A stretch of 64,000 nucleotides of DNA from an uncultured virus (IMG/VR IMGVR_UViG_3300027763_001732) (Duplodnaviria; Heunggongvirae; Uroviricota; Caudoviricetes). Location of the stretch: the IMG/VR virus record IMGVR_UViG_3300027763_001732; one strand, given 5' to 3'. The notes under the pieces were generated by a model, which was given only the letters and a program-made list of their open reading frames with translations, had not been told where the DNA came from and searched no databases. Each line of letters starts with the position of its first letter. Position 1 is the stretch's first letter. Position numbers and translations under genes: made by a program. Below, in pieces: positions 7,954 through 18,223 of this stretch.

Positions 7954-8380
7954 TGTGTATCCATTTATTGTTAACTAAAAATCCCCATTCACGTTTTTGG
8001 GGTCCGGGCATAAACATTGTCCAACATTCCACTGTGGGATCTAACTCAATTCTGTGATAACTATTTGCACTGTTTATTCTAAAACTTCCGGCGGCACGCC
8101 AAACTTGGTATTCACCAATCTTTTGTCCTTGGCTATTAAAATGGGGAATCCATTCCCAATATCCACCTTTAAGTATCAGGGAGGCATAAGGCCATGGATG
8201 ATCATGAACATCATCCGGATCAGATTTTAAAAATTTATGCAGGAAGATATTAAATGGAAACCATGTTCTATCTTTGAGAAATACATAGTAACGTTCCAAA
8301 TAAGGCTCATTGCTTTCTCGGTCTAAAATAATACGTTGTCTACCAATTTTGGTAAGTAATTTGGCAATTTGTTTAAGCAT
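7907..8380 (-). CDS. Cupin-fold protein
   Basis: HDHPW..GGYWE..HRI motifs. Confidence 0.7.
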   Translation of the reverse strand: MLKQIAKLLTKIGRQRIILDRESNEPYLERYYVFLKDRTWFPFNIFLHKFLKSDPDDVHDHPWPYASLILKGGYWEWIPHFNSQGQKIGEYQVWRAAGSFRINSANSYHRIELDPTVECWTMFMPGPQKREWGFLVNNKWIHNDEYIKQRTATASKQ

Positions 8381-8401
8381 TAGAATTACTCCTAGTGCAT
8401 A

Positions 8402-8430
8402 ATTATATACTGATTTCGACTTTATGTCAA
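8402..8430 (-). promoter_or_regulatory. sigma70 consensus promoter
   Basis: TTGACA-17-TATAAT. Confidence 0.8.
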
Positions 8431-8451
8431 ATGCTAGTTTACCAAATTAAT

Positions 8452-10590
8452 TTATATCAGTGTAATAGTAGATTGGATGGCGGTTCCGTCACCGAATTTA
8501 AAATAGAAATATGTTCTGTATTCTTTTGGATTAGAAACAATAAAATTCCTTGAAAGATCTGCGGAATCTATTTCTATATCGGTTTGAAATATAAATTCAT
8601 TTCTAGGAACAGTTGCTTTGTCCGATTCATTATACGAAGTAAGATTCCATCTAATAAATTCTTTGCCATTTGATTGCACTAATTCGAATTTAGTTTCATC
8701 TGAATTTGAAATTGGTGTAACTACTGGAATGAACTCACTACCAGATTTTATTAATCTAGTTAACTTATAAGAATAATTATCAGTATAAGGTAACTTAGAA
8801 GAATTTAAAATTGTAATTGGATCATCAAACTTCAATAATATACAATATGTAGCATTGGCTTCGTTTTGACTGGGAGATAGATAAAAATAAATCTGTGTAT
8901 ATTCCAATCCGTTTTCTGTGCTTACATAACGTTTGGTTATTAAATATGAGGTAGCGTTAAATCTTGCCACTGATTTAATTACTTTATTATTTGGATCAGT
9001 GTTTCCCAATTCGTCACTGGTTTCTGTATCTTCTTTTACTGTCATAGGTATTGAAGATAAAGATGTTGTACTTGTTATATTACCACTCGAATTGTATATT
9101 GTTGTTACTGTGTTATATGTTCTTGTTGTAGTAAACGAAGTAGACGATCCTAAAAAGTTTTCGTAGTTTACAGGAATCGCAGAGCTTGCCGGAACGTTTA
9201 CCAAATGTAAGCAGGCTTTTTTAACTGCCATGGATATGTCATACGTTCTATCTGCCAATGGTATAGAAGTTTCACCTGTGATAACAAAACTGCCAACCGA
9301 GCTATTGTTATTAGTTTTCCAATAAACAGTATTAGGTGTTGTTGGATTTTCTATTAATACTGCCCAGTCTAATTCCCCTCGGACAAATTTTGTATTAACA
9401 TCAGGAGTTATAATTTCCATGTCTTTACCGTAGTCTGGATTTCTGCTGTAGGTCAAGCCTTCTGTCCATACCGTCGTATAAGCAGGATCTGAGTAAAATT
9501 GAATTTCTTTGTTAGTTAATTCGAAATTAAGTCTGTAAGCAATGCCTCTTGACAGCGCCAAATCTGTGACAACTACGCCTGTGCTATCATAGACCTTGAC
9601 AGTATTGCCTTCTTGCTTAAATGTATATTTAAAGCTGGCATAACCTGCAATGGGATTAACTGTTGGATGATCAGTGTTAAGGCTAGGATCTCCGTTTGGA
9701 TCCCAGCCTATGTATGCTGGATCGCCAGTGACTGCTACTTTTTCATAGCCTATTACAACTCCACAATAATCAAGTAGTGGCTTAGTCACGTACTTAACTG
9801 GAGTTCGATCTCCGTTGTCTATTGTTGATTCTATATCAGCTGACACCATTGTTTTTAAAACGTTATCGTGAAGAATGCCACGGCTGTCTTTTACAGGATA
9901 TCCGTCGCTGACACTCTTAGCACGTTGCAAATTTCTTGCTGTATTAAGTTTATTGTTCAGTCCCAGTGGGTCTGCTAAATTTTGTTCTAGTCTTTTTACT
10001 TCTGATTTTAATCTAGATGTCTGTGATTTTAAATTTTGATTGAAAGCATTAATCGTAGCAGATGGTGTATTACCTGCTTGCTTGATTGCATTTTTAAGAT
10101 TTTGTAAGTCGCCTGGCATACTGTTCCAATTGATACCAAAGCCTCCTGGGCCTCCACCTAGGCACATACTGGGATTACTTACTCTACCCAATGCATTTAA
10201 AATATTAAGTCCTTGGCCGAATAGATTTGCATTCAACTGCGACAATAAATCCGGTATCATCGGAGCACTTACTGGGCTAGGGCACAACCCTCCTAAGCTG
10301 AATACATTATTGACCTGCCCCAATGCTTGATTCACACCTTGTAATATCTTGTCGTAGCCCGTTGCAGATTTCATTCCGTTAATTGCAGATTTCATTTTAA
10401 CAAGAGAATCACGCAGTGAGCCTAATGCACTGACTCCGGTTGCATCTTTGATTAAATCGTCTATGGCAAGCTGAGCACATACCAAACGTCCATTGAGTAG
10501 ATCTTTTAATCTACCTGCCAATAGCATACAGATAAGATCTTTTTCATTCTTGGGAAGGTTAGCGGGGAAGGTTAGTTTTAATGCTGACAT
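8452..10590 (-). CDS. Large putative virion/baseplate-associated protein
   Basis: 712 aa, directly downstream of the PAAR gene; helical N-terminus, beta-rich C-terminus. Confidence 0.55.
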   Translation of the reverse strand: MSALKLTFPANLPKNEKDLICMLLAGRLKDLLNGRLVCAQLAIDDLIKDATGVSALGSLRDSLVKMKSAINGMKSATGYDKILQGVNQALGQVNNVFSLGGLCPSPVSAPMIPDLLSQLNANLFGQGLNILNALGRVSNPSMCLGGGPGGFGINWNSMPGDLQNLKNAIKQAGNTPSATINAFNQNLKSQTSRLKSEVKRLEQNLADPLGLNNKLNTARNLQRAKSVSDGYPVKDSRGILHDNVLKTMVSADIESTIDNGDRTPVKYVTKPLLDYCGVVIGYEKVAVTGDPAYIGWDPNGDPSLNTDHPTVNPIAGYASFKYTFKQEGNTVKVYDSTGVVVTDLALSRGIAYRLNFELTNKEIQFYSDPAYTTVWTEGLTYSRNPDYGKDMEIITPDVNTKFVRGELDWAVLIENPTTPNTVYWKTNNNSSVGSFVITGETSIPLADRTYDISMAVKKACLHLVNVPASSAIPVNYENFLGSSTSFTTTRTYNTVTTIYNSSGNITSTTSLSSIPMTVKEDTETSDELGNTDPNNKVIKSVARFNATSYLITKRYVSTENGLEYTQIYFYLSPSQNEANATYCILLKFDDPITILNSSKLPYTDNYSYKLTRLIKSGSEFIPVVTPISNSDETKFELVQSNGKEFIRWNLTSYNESDKATVPRNEFIFQTDIEIDSADLSRNFIVSNPKEYRTYFYFKFGDGTAIQSTITLI

Positions 10591-10593
10591 ATT

Positions 10594-10866
10594 TTATCCG
10601 TTGGCATAAACATCAGGACTGCCTATTGCTCTAGGATGCCCACAAGTGTCAGGATCGCCTAATCTATTTACAGGTATATATTCAATGAATACATTAGGAC
10701 TGCCATTAGCAGTCAACGGGCCAGCGTGAACTCCAGGCCCATGTCCTGCAACCGGGCAACCGTCTACACTGGTTAATAAATTATTTGTATACACAGACGA
10801 CTGGATAACACTGACAATCGGAGCTCCGGCAGTATTATCATCAGTTAGTCTATGTACTTGTGGCAT
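10594..10866 (-). CDS. PAAR-repeat spike tip protein (T4 gp5.4-like)
   Basis: GSPNVFI..PVNRLGDPDTCGH..GSPDV; start moved to MPQVHRL. Confidence 0.85.
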   Translation of the reverse strand: MPQVHRLTDDNTAGAPIVSVIQSSVYTNNLLTSVDGCPVAGHGPGVHAGPLTANGSPNVFIEYIPVNRLGDPDTCGHPRAIGSPDVYANG

Positions 10867-10867
10867 A

Positions 10868-11176
10868 TTATAATATAATACTACTTGAATTACGAACTGG
10901 TTTGATTCCAGTTGTACTTTCAAGATAAGCATCTGCTACTTGATCGTTTGTATCTGCAACACACATAATTGTATGTGCTTTGAATACAAAGTCACTGTTG
11001 GGTTCGGCTGTCATCATGAATGGGATCATTTGCAGTCCATCTCTGCTGGCCGCTAGAATAACAGGCTTGCTGATAGTAAGACCTTCTGCTGTCTGACCTG
11101 TAATTTTACCAACGACTTCATCGCCGTTGGCTAGTTTCATACTGACTGTTTGTCCAATTTTATTTTCTTTTAACAT
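10868..11176 (-). CDS. Sm-like/beta-barrel hypothetical protein
   Basis: VSMKLANGDEVVGK pattern; TAAATA box upstream. Confidence 0.55.
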   Translation of the reverse strand: MLKENKIGQTVSMKLANGDEVVGKITGQTAEGLTISKPVILAASRDGLQMIPFMMTAEPNSDFVFKAHTIMCVADTNDQVADAYLESTTGIKPVRNSSSIIL

Positions 11177-11184
11177 ATATGTAT

Positions 11185-11424
11185 TTATTGAGTTTTTAAC
11201 CACGTGACTAGATCAGTATAACCTCCAATGGCCTGATCATCGATAAAGATTTGGGGCACTGTGCGTGGTGCTGCCCCCAATCTTGTTGTTAGACTTTCTA
11301 ACAATGTTTCTCTTGTTTCTGCTGTGATATAGTGTTCTGTGAACTCCCAGCCTTTGCTTTTAAACAAGTTTTTTGCTTGTACGCAATAAGGACATGCATC
11401 CTTTGTATAAATTTCTACTTTCAT
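11185..11424 (-). CDS. Glutaredoxin
   Basis: CPYC, TVPQIF, IGGYTDL motifs. Confidence 0.95.
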   Translation of the reverse strand: MKVEIYTKDACPYCVQAKNLFKSKGWEFTEHYITAETRETLLESLTTRLGAAPRTVPQIFIDDQAIGGYTDLVTWLKTQ

Positions 11425-11585
11425 ATTCCTGCTCCGTCTTCAAATAAATTCACTTCGTATTCTTCTAATGCTGTTTGATACTGTTCTTCTGTTAAACCGT
11501 GCCAACCACAGCATTTGCCAGTTGGACTACGGCCGCAACCACAATTACCAAATTCTTCTGGATTCTCTCTTACTCTGATCTGCAT
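11421..11585 (-). CDS. CDGSH-like iron-sulfur/zinc-binding small protein
   Basis: CGCGRSPTGKCCGWH resembles CxCxxSxxxPxCDGSH. Confidence 0.6.
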   Translation of the reverse strand: MQIRVRENPEEFGNCGCGRSPTGKCCGWHGLTEEQYQTALEEYEVNLFEDGAGI

Positions 11586-11586
11586 A

Positions 11587-11745
11587 TTATAAACCTTTTT
11601 TAATTTTATCAATGATTGACTTAGTGAATTCTGTGATAGGCACGTTTGGATAATCTTCTCTCAGCAGTCGCATATAGTTAAAGTTAACCAGCGTGGCCAT
11701 TCTTCTCTTGCGATCAATGATATCTTGTTTGGTTAGTTTTTTCAT
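11587..11745 (-). CDS. 52-aa basic hypothetical protein
   Basis: Hand-translated MKKLTKQDIIDRKRR...; fills the gap with an ATGA overlap. Confidence 0.5.
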   Translation of the reverse strand: MKKLTKQDIIDRKRRMATLVNFNYMRLLREDYPNVPITEFTKSIIDKIKKGL

Positions 11746-12173
11746 AACGCACGACTAGTGTCGTAGGTCTGAGCAAAGATATCTTTCTTTACTGCACCAT
11801 AATCGTTGACACCGTGTCTAACAATATAATCATTGCCCGCAGTGTAATTCAAATCGCCCCATGACGTATGAATAACCCCATCGTGGTCGGCAAGTTTAGC
11901 AACTTTAATAATTTTCTTAGGTGTACAAACACCATTACCCAAGTCGTCTTTCATTTCTCGAAATTTCTCAGGAGTAATTGGATATTTTTCGCCTTTGGGG
12001 CCAGTCATAATATAATGACCTGCTTGGTAATTTACAGGTCCTTCTAGAGTTTGAACTGTGCCTGCTTGTTGGGCAATCTCATAACGTTCTTTGGCTGGCT
12101 TTTTAAAAGTTTTGAAACTGCCTTGTTCAAACCACGCATCATTAATTTGTGCTACTACTTCGTTGATTTTCAT
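11742..12173 (-). CDS. PGDYG-like tandem-domain protein
   Basis: Two copies of T(L/S)xG....G.YI..G..G..Y....(E/D).F...Y. Confidence 0.6.
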   Translation of the reverse strand: MKINEVVAQINDAWFEQGSFKTFKKPAKERYEIAQQAGTVQTLEGPVNYQAGHYIMTGPKGEKYPITPEKFREMKDDLGNGVCTPKKIIKVAKLADHDGVIHTSWGDLNYTAGNDYIVRHGVNDYGAVKKDIFAQTYDTSRAL

Positions 12174-12184
12174 AACGTCTTTCT

Positions 12185-13297
12185 TTATAAAGTTGGCAAT
12201 GCATCATAATCGATGCTGTCGCTCATTATACCAATAACATAATTGGTGCTTTCATTTTCCTGCAATGCAGTTTGTTTTTTACTTGTGTCACTGTGCTTGT
12301 TAAACCAAGGGATAGGCGTTGACTTGGGGGCAGGACTTTGATATTTAATTCCTATATCCTTTAATGCGGACACTGCTGTATAATCAACAAACTCTTTTAG
12401 TATGGCAGCATTCAATCCAATAACCGGACCTTTCTTGAACAAGTAATCTGCCCAGGCTTTTTCTTCGCGAATAACATCTGCGTACATGGCATAAACTTCT
12501 GACTCGCATTCTTGTTTGGCTTTTACAAAGCGTGGATCTTCTTTAACCACTTGATTCATCAAATAAGCTGTCCAACCTTTGTGTAGCAATTCGTCTTGTA
12601 GAATCAAACTGATAATGTTTCCATTGCCAATAAAGATTTTGTTCTCAACCATTGCTAGGCTTGTAGCAAAGCTAACCATAAAACGGAACGCTTCTAAAGC
12701 ATAGCTAGCATTCAGTGCCATCCAAATTGCCTTGATGTGCGTTGTTTCTAACACTGTTTCTTTTGTAGGATCACAAATTTCTTTAAGACAATTTAATCTA
12801 TGTAAATCATCATAATACTTACCAACACTACTGGCCATGTCAACAATTTCTTTAGTGTCATGAATAGTGTTGAATACATCTTTGGGTACATTGTAAATAT
12901 TGCGAATAATGTGACTATAACTTTTACTATGGATATTTGTTTCGAAGAAACCCCAGTTGTACATCAATGCTTCAACTTCGGGCAAACTGCACACAGGAGT
13001 AAACACCTGTGTCGGACCGCGACCTTGTAAACTGTCCAGAGCCGTTTGACGTAGCAAGTTGCTGGTAAAGATATGTTTAACAGCATCACTGGCTTCTTTA
13101 AAATCATTGGCATCTTTGGTTAAGCTAATCTCTTCTGGTTGCCAAAAGAAGCCTCGAGCAGTTGCATCATAGTCTGCAATTTTTTTATATTTGACTTCTT
13201 CAAATCGTTGAATAGTCACAGGACCTTCTGGATCCAGAAACATTTTACGACTTAGATAGTCTGTTTTTGTTGTTAGGTTGTATTGTTGTTTTGACAT
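12185..13297 (-). CDS. nrdB: Ribonucleotide reductase class Ia beta subunit
   Basis: FFWQPEEI, ETNIHSKSY, DELLH diiron motifs; C-terminal ENESTNY. Confidence 0.97.
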   Translation of the reverse strand: MSKQQYNLTTKTDYLSRKMFLDPEGPVTIQRFEEVKYKKIADYDATARGFFWQPEEISLTKDANDFKEASDAVKHIFTSNLLRQTALDSLQGRGPTQVFTPVCSLPEVEALMYNWGFFETNIHSKSYSHIIRNIYNVPKDVFNTIHDTKEIVDMASSVGKYYDDLHRLNCLKEICDPTKETVLETTHIKAIWMALNASYALEAFRFMVSFATSLAMVENKIFIGNGNIISLILQDELLHKGWTAYLMNQVVKEDPRFVKAKQECESEVYAMYADVIREEKAWADYLFKKGPVIGLNAAILKEFVDYTAVSALKDIGIKYQSPAPKSTPIPWFNKHSDTSKKQTALQENESTNYVIGIMSDSIDYDALPTL

Positions 13298-13300
13298 AGT

Positions 13301-15637
13301 TTATAATTTGCAACTTTCGCAGTCTTCTTCGTCATCGAAGTTAATATATTCAAGAGGCATATCAGATAGTTCTTCATCAACGGCTTTTGATCCTTGTTTA
13401 TTGATAAGGCTATAATAAAAAGTTTTTAAGCCCCAATACTGACTTTGCATCAAATTTTTAGCAATTAATGTTGTTGGAACTTTTCTATCAGCAAAGTGAG
13501 CAGGATTATAGAATGTGTTAGTTGAAATACTTTGATCAACATAGGCAGCAATAACTGCGGCTGTCTTTAAATAGCCGTCGCAGTCTTTTTGTTCCCACAT
13601 TAATTGATACTTGTTCTTCAACTTATGATACTCGGGTACTACTTGCGTAAATGATCCTGCTTTACTTTCTTTAGTACTAATTAACGACATTGGCATTTCA
13701 ATACCATTAGTGCTGTTAATAACAACTGAACTAGATTCAACCGGAGCAACTGCCATTTGTGTAGCATTACGAACACCATGTTCTTTCATTTGTACTCGTA
13801 GTGTTTCCCAGTCTAGTTCAGGAGCGAAGTCAGCCAATTCATTAACACCATTGGCACGTAGTTCCCAAGGGAATATGCCTTGACCATAACGTGTCTTGTC
13901 ACTGCCCAGACACGCACCACGCTCTTTGGCTAGTTCGACACTGGCTTCAGTTAGATAGAATGCTTGATGTTCCATCCATGACTTAACTTCGCTTAAAGCA
14001 TCCTTCTCACCGTACCTGAGGCTTCGCTTGGCGTGCCAGTAGGCAAGGTTGGTGATACCGATTCCCAGCGGTCTGATTTCGTCGTTGGATAATTTAGACT
14101 GGATGGAAAGAAAGTCTTGATAATCGAGAATGTTGTTGAGGCTACGATGCAGTATACGGCAAGCGCGGCGCATGTCTTCTGGATTACGGAACGCACCCCA
14201 ATTGATTGAGCCCAAGGTGCAAAGTGCGATACGACCGCTATCGTCATCCAAACGTTTAAAGGACTTAGTAGGTAAAAGTATTTCACAGCAAAGGTTACTT
14301 TGATAAATTGTATGATACTCTGGATCAAACGGGCCTTGGTTCATTACATTGTCAATGAACACAAGATAGATACGTCCTGTATCTGTACGTTCTTTCAATA
14401 TGCCCGACTTGAATACTTCTTCTGCTGACATTGTTTTTGTACGAAGACCTGGAGTGTTTTCATACTTGACATACAACTCTTCAAATAATCGTGTGTTAGA
14501 ATAAAATGCTTGATATAAGTCAGGTACTTCGTTGGGATCAAAGAATGTTATTTGTTCTTTGTTTTTGAATCGTCTCCAGAATAACGCGGAAAGTACAACC
14601 CCATAGTCCATGTGCCTGACTCTTGTTTCCTCGGTTCCTTGGTTGTTCTTGAGTACAATAAGGTCGTCAAACTGGTGATGCCAGATTGGATAAAAGATAG
14701 TAGCACTTGCATTGCGAATTCCTCCCTGTGAACATGAACGCAGATCTCCAAACCATTTCTTTAAAAATGGAATCATACCTGTGTGCATGATTTCGCCGCC
14801 CCTAATGGGACTTCCTAAAGGGCGTAGTCGCCCAATTTCTAGACCAATGCCAGCACGTTTGCTGGCATACTTGGCCATCATTTCTCCACTAGCAAAAATA
14901 CTGTCGAGATCGTCATCGCTACGTATAAGAACGCAACTGCTAAATTGCTTGGTGGGAGTACCGAGACCAGCCAGTACTGGAGTGGCAAGAGTAAATAAGC
15001 CATCTGAAGCCGCATTGTAATATTCCTTTATATAACGCATACGAGCCGCATTAGGTTCTTCTTTGTGAAAAACTGTTGCTGCCGCTACCATGTAGCGAAT
15101 CTGAGGAGTTTCGTATGTTTCTTTTGTGCTACGATTCTTTACTAGATATTTTTCAATTAGTTGTTCAATGGCAGCATAACTGTATTGCTCATCTTTTTCG
15201 TGGTCGAGCATGTCATTCATCTTGTTCCAATCTTCTTGCGTATACCAGTCAAGAAGTTCACTTGTATAAAGACCTGTTGCTACATTCTTTTTAACGATGT
15301 CATAAAGGTGCGGTACTTCGTAACTACCATAGACATCTTTCCGTAGCATACTTAAACGTTGTTTGCCTGCTACGTATTGATAATTTGTGTGACCAATATC
15401 TGGATTAGCTTCTACGTCGATGAGATTAACAATAGCTCGTAGTGTAATCTCATCTATCTCTTGTGTGGTAATACCATCATAGAATTGTGGCTGTGCTTTG
15501 ATTTCAACCATGCTTTGGCTGACGTCAGCAATTCCAGAACATATTTTAGTAATCTGTGCCTGCCATTTTTCAATCATCAATTCTTCTTTTTGTCCACTGC
15601 GCTTGATAACAGTGATGGCTCGGGCCGATGTTGTCAT
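13301..15637 (-). CDS. nrdA: Ribonucleotide reductase class Ia alpha subunit
   Basis: ATP cone, QFSSCVL, SNLCCEI, TFYY, C-terminal CESC. Confidence 0.97.
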   Translation of the reverse strand: MTTSARAITVIKRSGQKEELMIEKWQAQITKICSGIADVSQSMVEIKAQPQFYDGITTQEIDEITLRAIVNLIDVEANPDIGHTNYQYVAGKQRLSMLRKDVYGSYEVPHLYDIVKKNVATGLYTSELLDWYTQEDWNKMNDMLDHEKDEQYSYAAIEQLIEKYLVKNRSTKETYETPQIRYMVAAATVFHKEEPNAARMRYIKEYYNAASDGLFTLATPVLAGLGTPTKQFSSCVLIRSDDDLDSIFASGEMMAKYASKRAGIGLEIGRLRPLGSPIRGGEIMHTGMIPFLKKWFGDLRSCSQGGIRNASATIFYPIWHHQFDDLIVLKNNQGTEETRVRHMDYGVVLSALFWRRFKNKEQITFFDPNEVPDLYQAFYSNTRLFEELYVKYENTPGLRTKTMSAEEVFKSGILKERTDTGRIYLVFIDNVMNQGPFDPEYHTIYQSNLCCEILLPTKSFKRLDDDSGRIALCTLGSINWGAFRNPEDMRRACRILHRSLNNILDYQDFLSIQSKLSNDEIRPLGIGITNLAYWHAKRSLRYGEKDALSEVKSWMEHQAFYLTEASVELAKERGACLGSDKTRYGQGIFPWELRANGVNELADFAPELDWETLRVQMKEHGVRNATQMAVAPVESSSVVINSTNGIEMPMSLISTKESKAGSFTQVVPEYHKLKNKYQLMWEQKDCDGYLKTAAVIAAYVDQSISTNTFYNPAHFADRKVPTTLIAKNLMQSQYWGLKTFYYSLINKQGSKAVDEELSDMPLEYINFDDEEDCESCKL

Positions 15638-15705
15638 TCTATTCTTTTCCTTATCTGCTATTTTAATTTTAGTATTTTATTTAACTCTGCACTGTAATAA
15701 TTCTG

Positions 15706-16158
15706 TTATATTTTAATGTGCAGTAAATCGCTTTTGGCGATCTTGTTTAAAGTCTCAAAGTCGCATTGCTCAATGGGCAATACATGTCCAAGTGTATAAT
15801 TTAGCACTGTCTTCTCATCAATAACTACTACTAGATGTATATCTTTTTCGCTGAAATTATTCACTAACCATAACTCTACATTGCTATTGGGTGTAGTTAT
15901 CCAAAGTGTATATGCTTGACCTAATGCGATTGCACTACGGCAGAATTCGCCACGATTGATCATATCCCACGGCGTAGGCCATGTTTCTGGCTTGTAAGGA
16001 TCTATTGTTTTACGTACCCACGGTGAGAATGTCCACCATGTATTGACTGCTTCAATTAGACCGTCTGTTGACATGTCTACAGCATTTTGTCTCAGCTCTC
16101 TCCAAGCTAGGATTTTTTCTGTAGTAGTCTTATACCAAATGCTTAAATTGTTTTCCAC
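15706..16158 (-). CDS. Hypothetical protein, possibly transglutaminase-like
   Basis: WPTPWDMI..FC..H pattern; start moved to GTG after the upstream stop. Confidence 0.5.
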   Translation of the reverse strand: MENNLSIWYKTTTEKILAWRELRQNAVDMSTDGLIEAVNTWWTFSPWVRKTIDPYKPETWPTPWDMINRGEFCRSAIALGQAYTLWITTPNSNVELWLVNNFSEKDIHLVVVIDEKTVLNYTLGHVLPIEQCDFETLNKIAKSDLLHIKI

Positions 16159-16165
16159 TAGATGC

Positions 16166-16837
16166 TTATTTATAATACTGATCAAGACGTTGTGCCCAAA
16201 GATCGCTGTAGTGATCAAACTCATTGCCTTCAATGATAAAGGGCTGTAGTTTAGCATCTCGGTCGATGATATTAATTACACATTTTTTAATATCAGTGCC
16301 ATGTACTTCATTATGTGCTAGTGCATAGGCGCAACATTGTAAAAAGTAATCTTCAATCCATTCTCTTTTTTTAGGCTTCTTAGTAGTCTTATGATCAATG
16401 ATCGCAGGTGTGCCTTTATGTACACCGATCATGTCACTGGTTCCTGCGTACAATCCAGGATAGTATAATGGAGCTTCAATTCCCCATACTTCATCAATGT
16501 CACAGAAGGCTTGATTAATCATAGTATCAGCCATGGCACGGGCCAGTAGTTGAACTTGGTTGTTACCCTGCGGACGTTCTCGACCTAAGACATGATATTC
16601 TAAATGTGTGTGCATCAGTGTGCCTAAACCCGCAGACTCTGTACTGATACGTGTAGCTTCTGCATCACCTACTCGCTTACGCCATTCAATTAGAAAAGTT
16701 TTGTCTTTAGTTGAGTCTAGCACTGTTGTGACGCTGGGAACTTTTGTTCCGTCAGGACAAGCATAAAGTCGCTTGCCTGAGGTCTCGTCACGATTGAGTT
16801 TTTTGTATTCGTAGATTGGATTTAATAGCATATACAC
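16166..16837 (-). CDS. PD-(D/E)XK exonuclease
   Basis: PSVTTVL, GTLMH, AGTSD, IIDHKT, YFLQCCAYA. Confidence 0.9.
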   Translation of the reverse strand: MYMLLNPIYEYKKLNRDETSGKRLYACPDGTKVPSVTTVLDSTKDKTFLIEWRKRVGDAEATRISTESAGLGTLMHTHLEYHVLGRERPQGNNQVQLLARAMADTMINQAFCDIDEVWGIEAPLYYPGLYAGTSDMIGVHKGTPAIIDHKTTKKPKKREWIEDYFLQCCAYALAHNEVHGTDIKKCVINIIDRDAKLQPFIIEGNEFDHYSDLWAQRLDQYYK

Positions 16838-16875
16838 TATTATACACTGATTTCAGTGTATAGTCTAGTTATATA

Positions 16876-17196
16876 TTACCAGTAAATTTGCCAATCGAAT
16901 GTTGTGCCGGTAACTGGATTGGATCTGCGTTCAACATTATAACCCAAATCAGTAAAATACTTAATTATACTTGCCATTTGAATTTCTTTTGCTCTGTCGG
17001 AGATTACACCCTTCCAGACATTGGCATATAGTACACTAGTTGACATAGTGGTAGTAGATAATGTTATACCATAGCTGCCAGCGGCACTGGCAGTTAAAAT
17101 GGCTAATTCAATGGCTCTGACTTCATTGAAGATAACCAAATCATTTTGAGCTTTACTTCTAGCTTGAGTAGCAGTTAACATAATCGATGCTATCAT
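16876..17196 (-). CDS. Hypothetical protein, probably virion-associated
   Basis: Overlapping ORF in a late-type operon. Confidence 0.55.
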   Translation of the reverse strand: MIASIMLTATQARSKAQNDLVIFNEVRAIELAILTASAAGSYGITLSTTTMSTSVLYANVWKGVISDRAKEIQMASIIKYFTDLGYNVERRSNPVTGTTFDWQIYW

Positions 17197-17519
17197 TTTA
17201 ATTTATCCATTGCTTGTTTCAGTGCCGTGCTTTTCATCTTATTAACGTCTTTATCATAATTGCTGGTCATAGATTTAATTTCATTGTTGTTTAACACAAT
17301 CGAATCATATGTAGCTGTTGTGATAATATCTTGCAAATCTTTTCTATGCTTGTTAAGAATGTGAACTAATAGTTCAGGTGTTATACTAGAATCATTTAAA
17401 TCATTGATTAATTGATTAGTGGGGATAGTATTAGCACCTTCGGCCTTTGCTCGTAAAAGCAAAGGCTTGATAATTCCTAAAACTTGTTCGTCACTGTCGA
17501 CAAATTCGTATAAACGCAT
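17193..17519 (-). CDS. Hypothetical protein, probably virion-associated
   Basis: MRLYEF N-terminus; operon packing. Confidence 0.55.
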   Translation of the reverse strand: MRLYEFVDSDEQVLGIIKPLLLRAKAEGANTIPTNQLINDLNDSSITPELLVHILNKHRKDLQDIITTATYDSIVLNNNEIKSMTSNYDKDVNKMKSTALKQAMDKLK

Positions 17520-18199
17520 TACTTCAACTCGCGTCCAGTTGGCAATTCTTCTTCACCACTTGCCGCATCAACCATGCCAAACTCGTCGCCTGCTGGTTCC
17601 ATTGCAGGAGCTGGCATTCCGCCGCTTAGGTCATCGCCCATGCCGCCCATTGGGCTTTCGCCTTTTAGAACTGCAACTGCATTACTTAATGCATCTTTGG
17701 CGGCCTTGACTGCGTCTAATAACGTAGAGAAAGATTGATCAGCACTTTGACCAAATGCTGAACCTTGCTCTTGACCAAACGTAGTCTTCATTTTTTCTTC
17801 CAATGGCATTAGTTCGTCAGTTTGCATTTGAGCAACATCTTCGGCCATCTTTTGTAGATCGTCAACCATGTTTTGAGCAACTAAGATCAATTCAGCTTGA
17901 GCCAAGTCTTCACCACTTTGTTCATTCATTTTACGAACTGTACGCATTGGTCCAATTTCTTTAAGAATGTGACGTAATGCTTCGATGATCATTGTGTTCT
18001 TTACATAAGTGGCATCGTTTTGAAAGCCAACTTTTGTGCTGGCAAATTGGTGATTTTCTTGAACTAATTTGCTGATCAGTGATTGCACTTTAACTGCATC
18101 GCCGTGAGCAGCCAATTTCAAGCCATAGTGGCTGTTCAAGAAGTTTTCTACTACACGCTGTTTGCGTTGTGTAGGGTTAAAAATTTCAGAGGTATTCAT
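17519..18199 (-). CDS. Putative prohead core/scaffold-like protein
   Basis: Helical, acidic Pro/Gly tail; TAAATA box upstream. Confidence 0.5.
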   Translation of the reverse strand: MNTSEIFNPTQRKQRVVENFLNSHYGLKLAAHGDAVKVQSLISKLVQENHQFASTKVGFQNDATYVKNTMIIEALRHILKEIGPMRTVRKMNEQSGEDLAQAELILVAQNMVDDLQKMAEDVAQMQTDELMPLEEKMKTTFGQEQGSAFGQSADQSFSTLLDAVKAAKDALSNAVAVLKGESPMGGMGDDLSGGMPAPAMEPAGDEFGMVDAASGEEELPTGRELK

Positions 18200-18223
18200 A
18201 ATAGGTATCCTTTAGATTATTTA

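Noticed and set aside
12185..15637. Introns or inteins in nrdA/nrdB (also checked by length in terL, helicase, uvsX)
   Set aside because: Lengths are normal and ORFs continuous; no splice or homing-endonuclease motifs seen.
16166..16837. Cas4-like nuclease suggesting CRISPR-Cas
   Set aside because: Lacks the Cas4 Fe-S cysteine pattern; no repeat-spacer array or other cas gene seen in the window.
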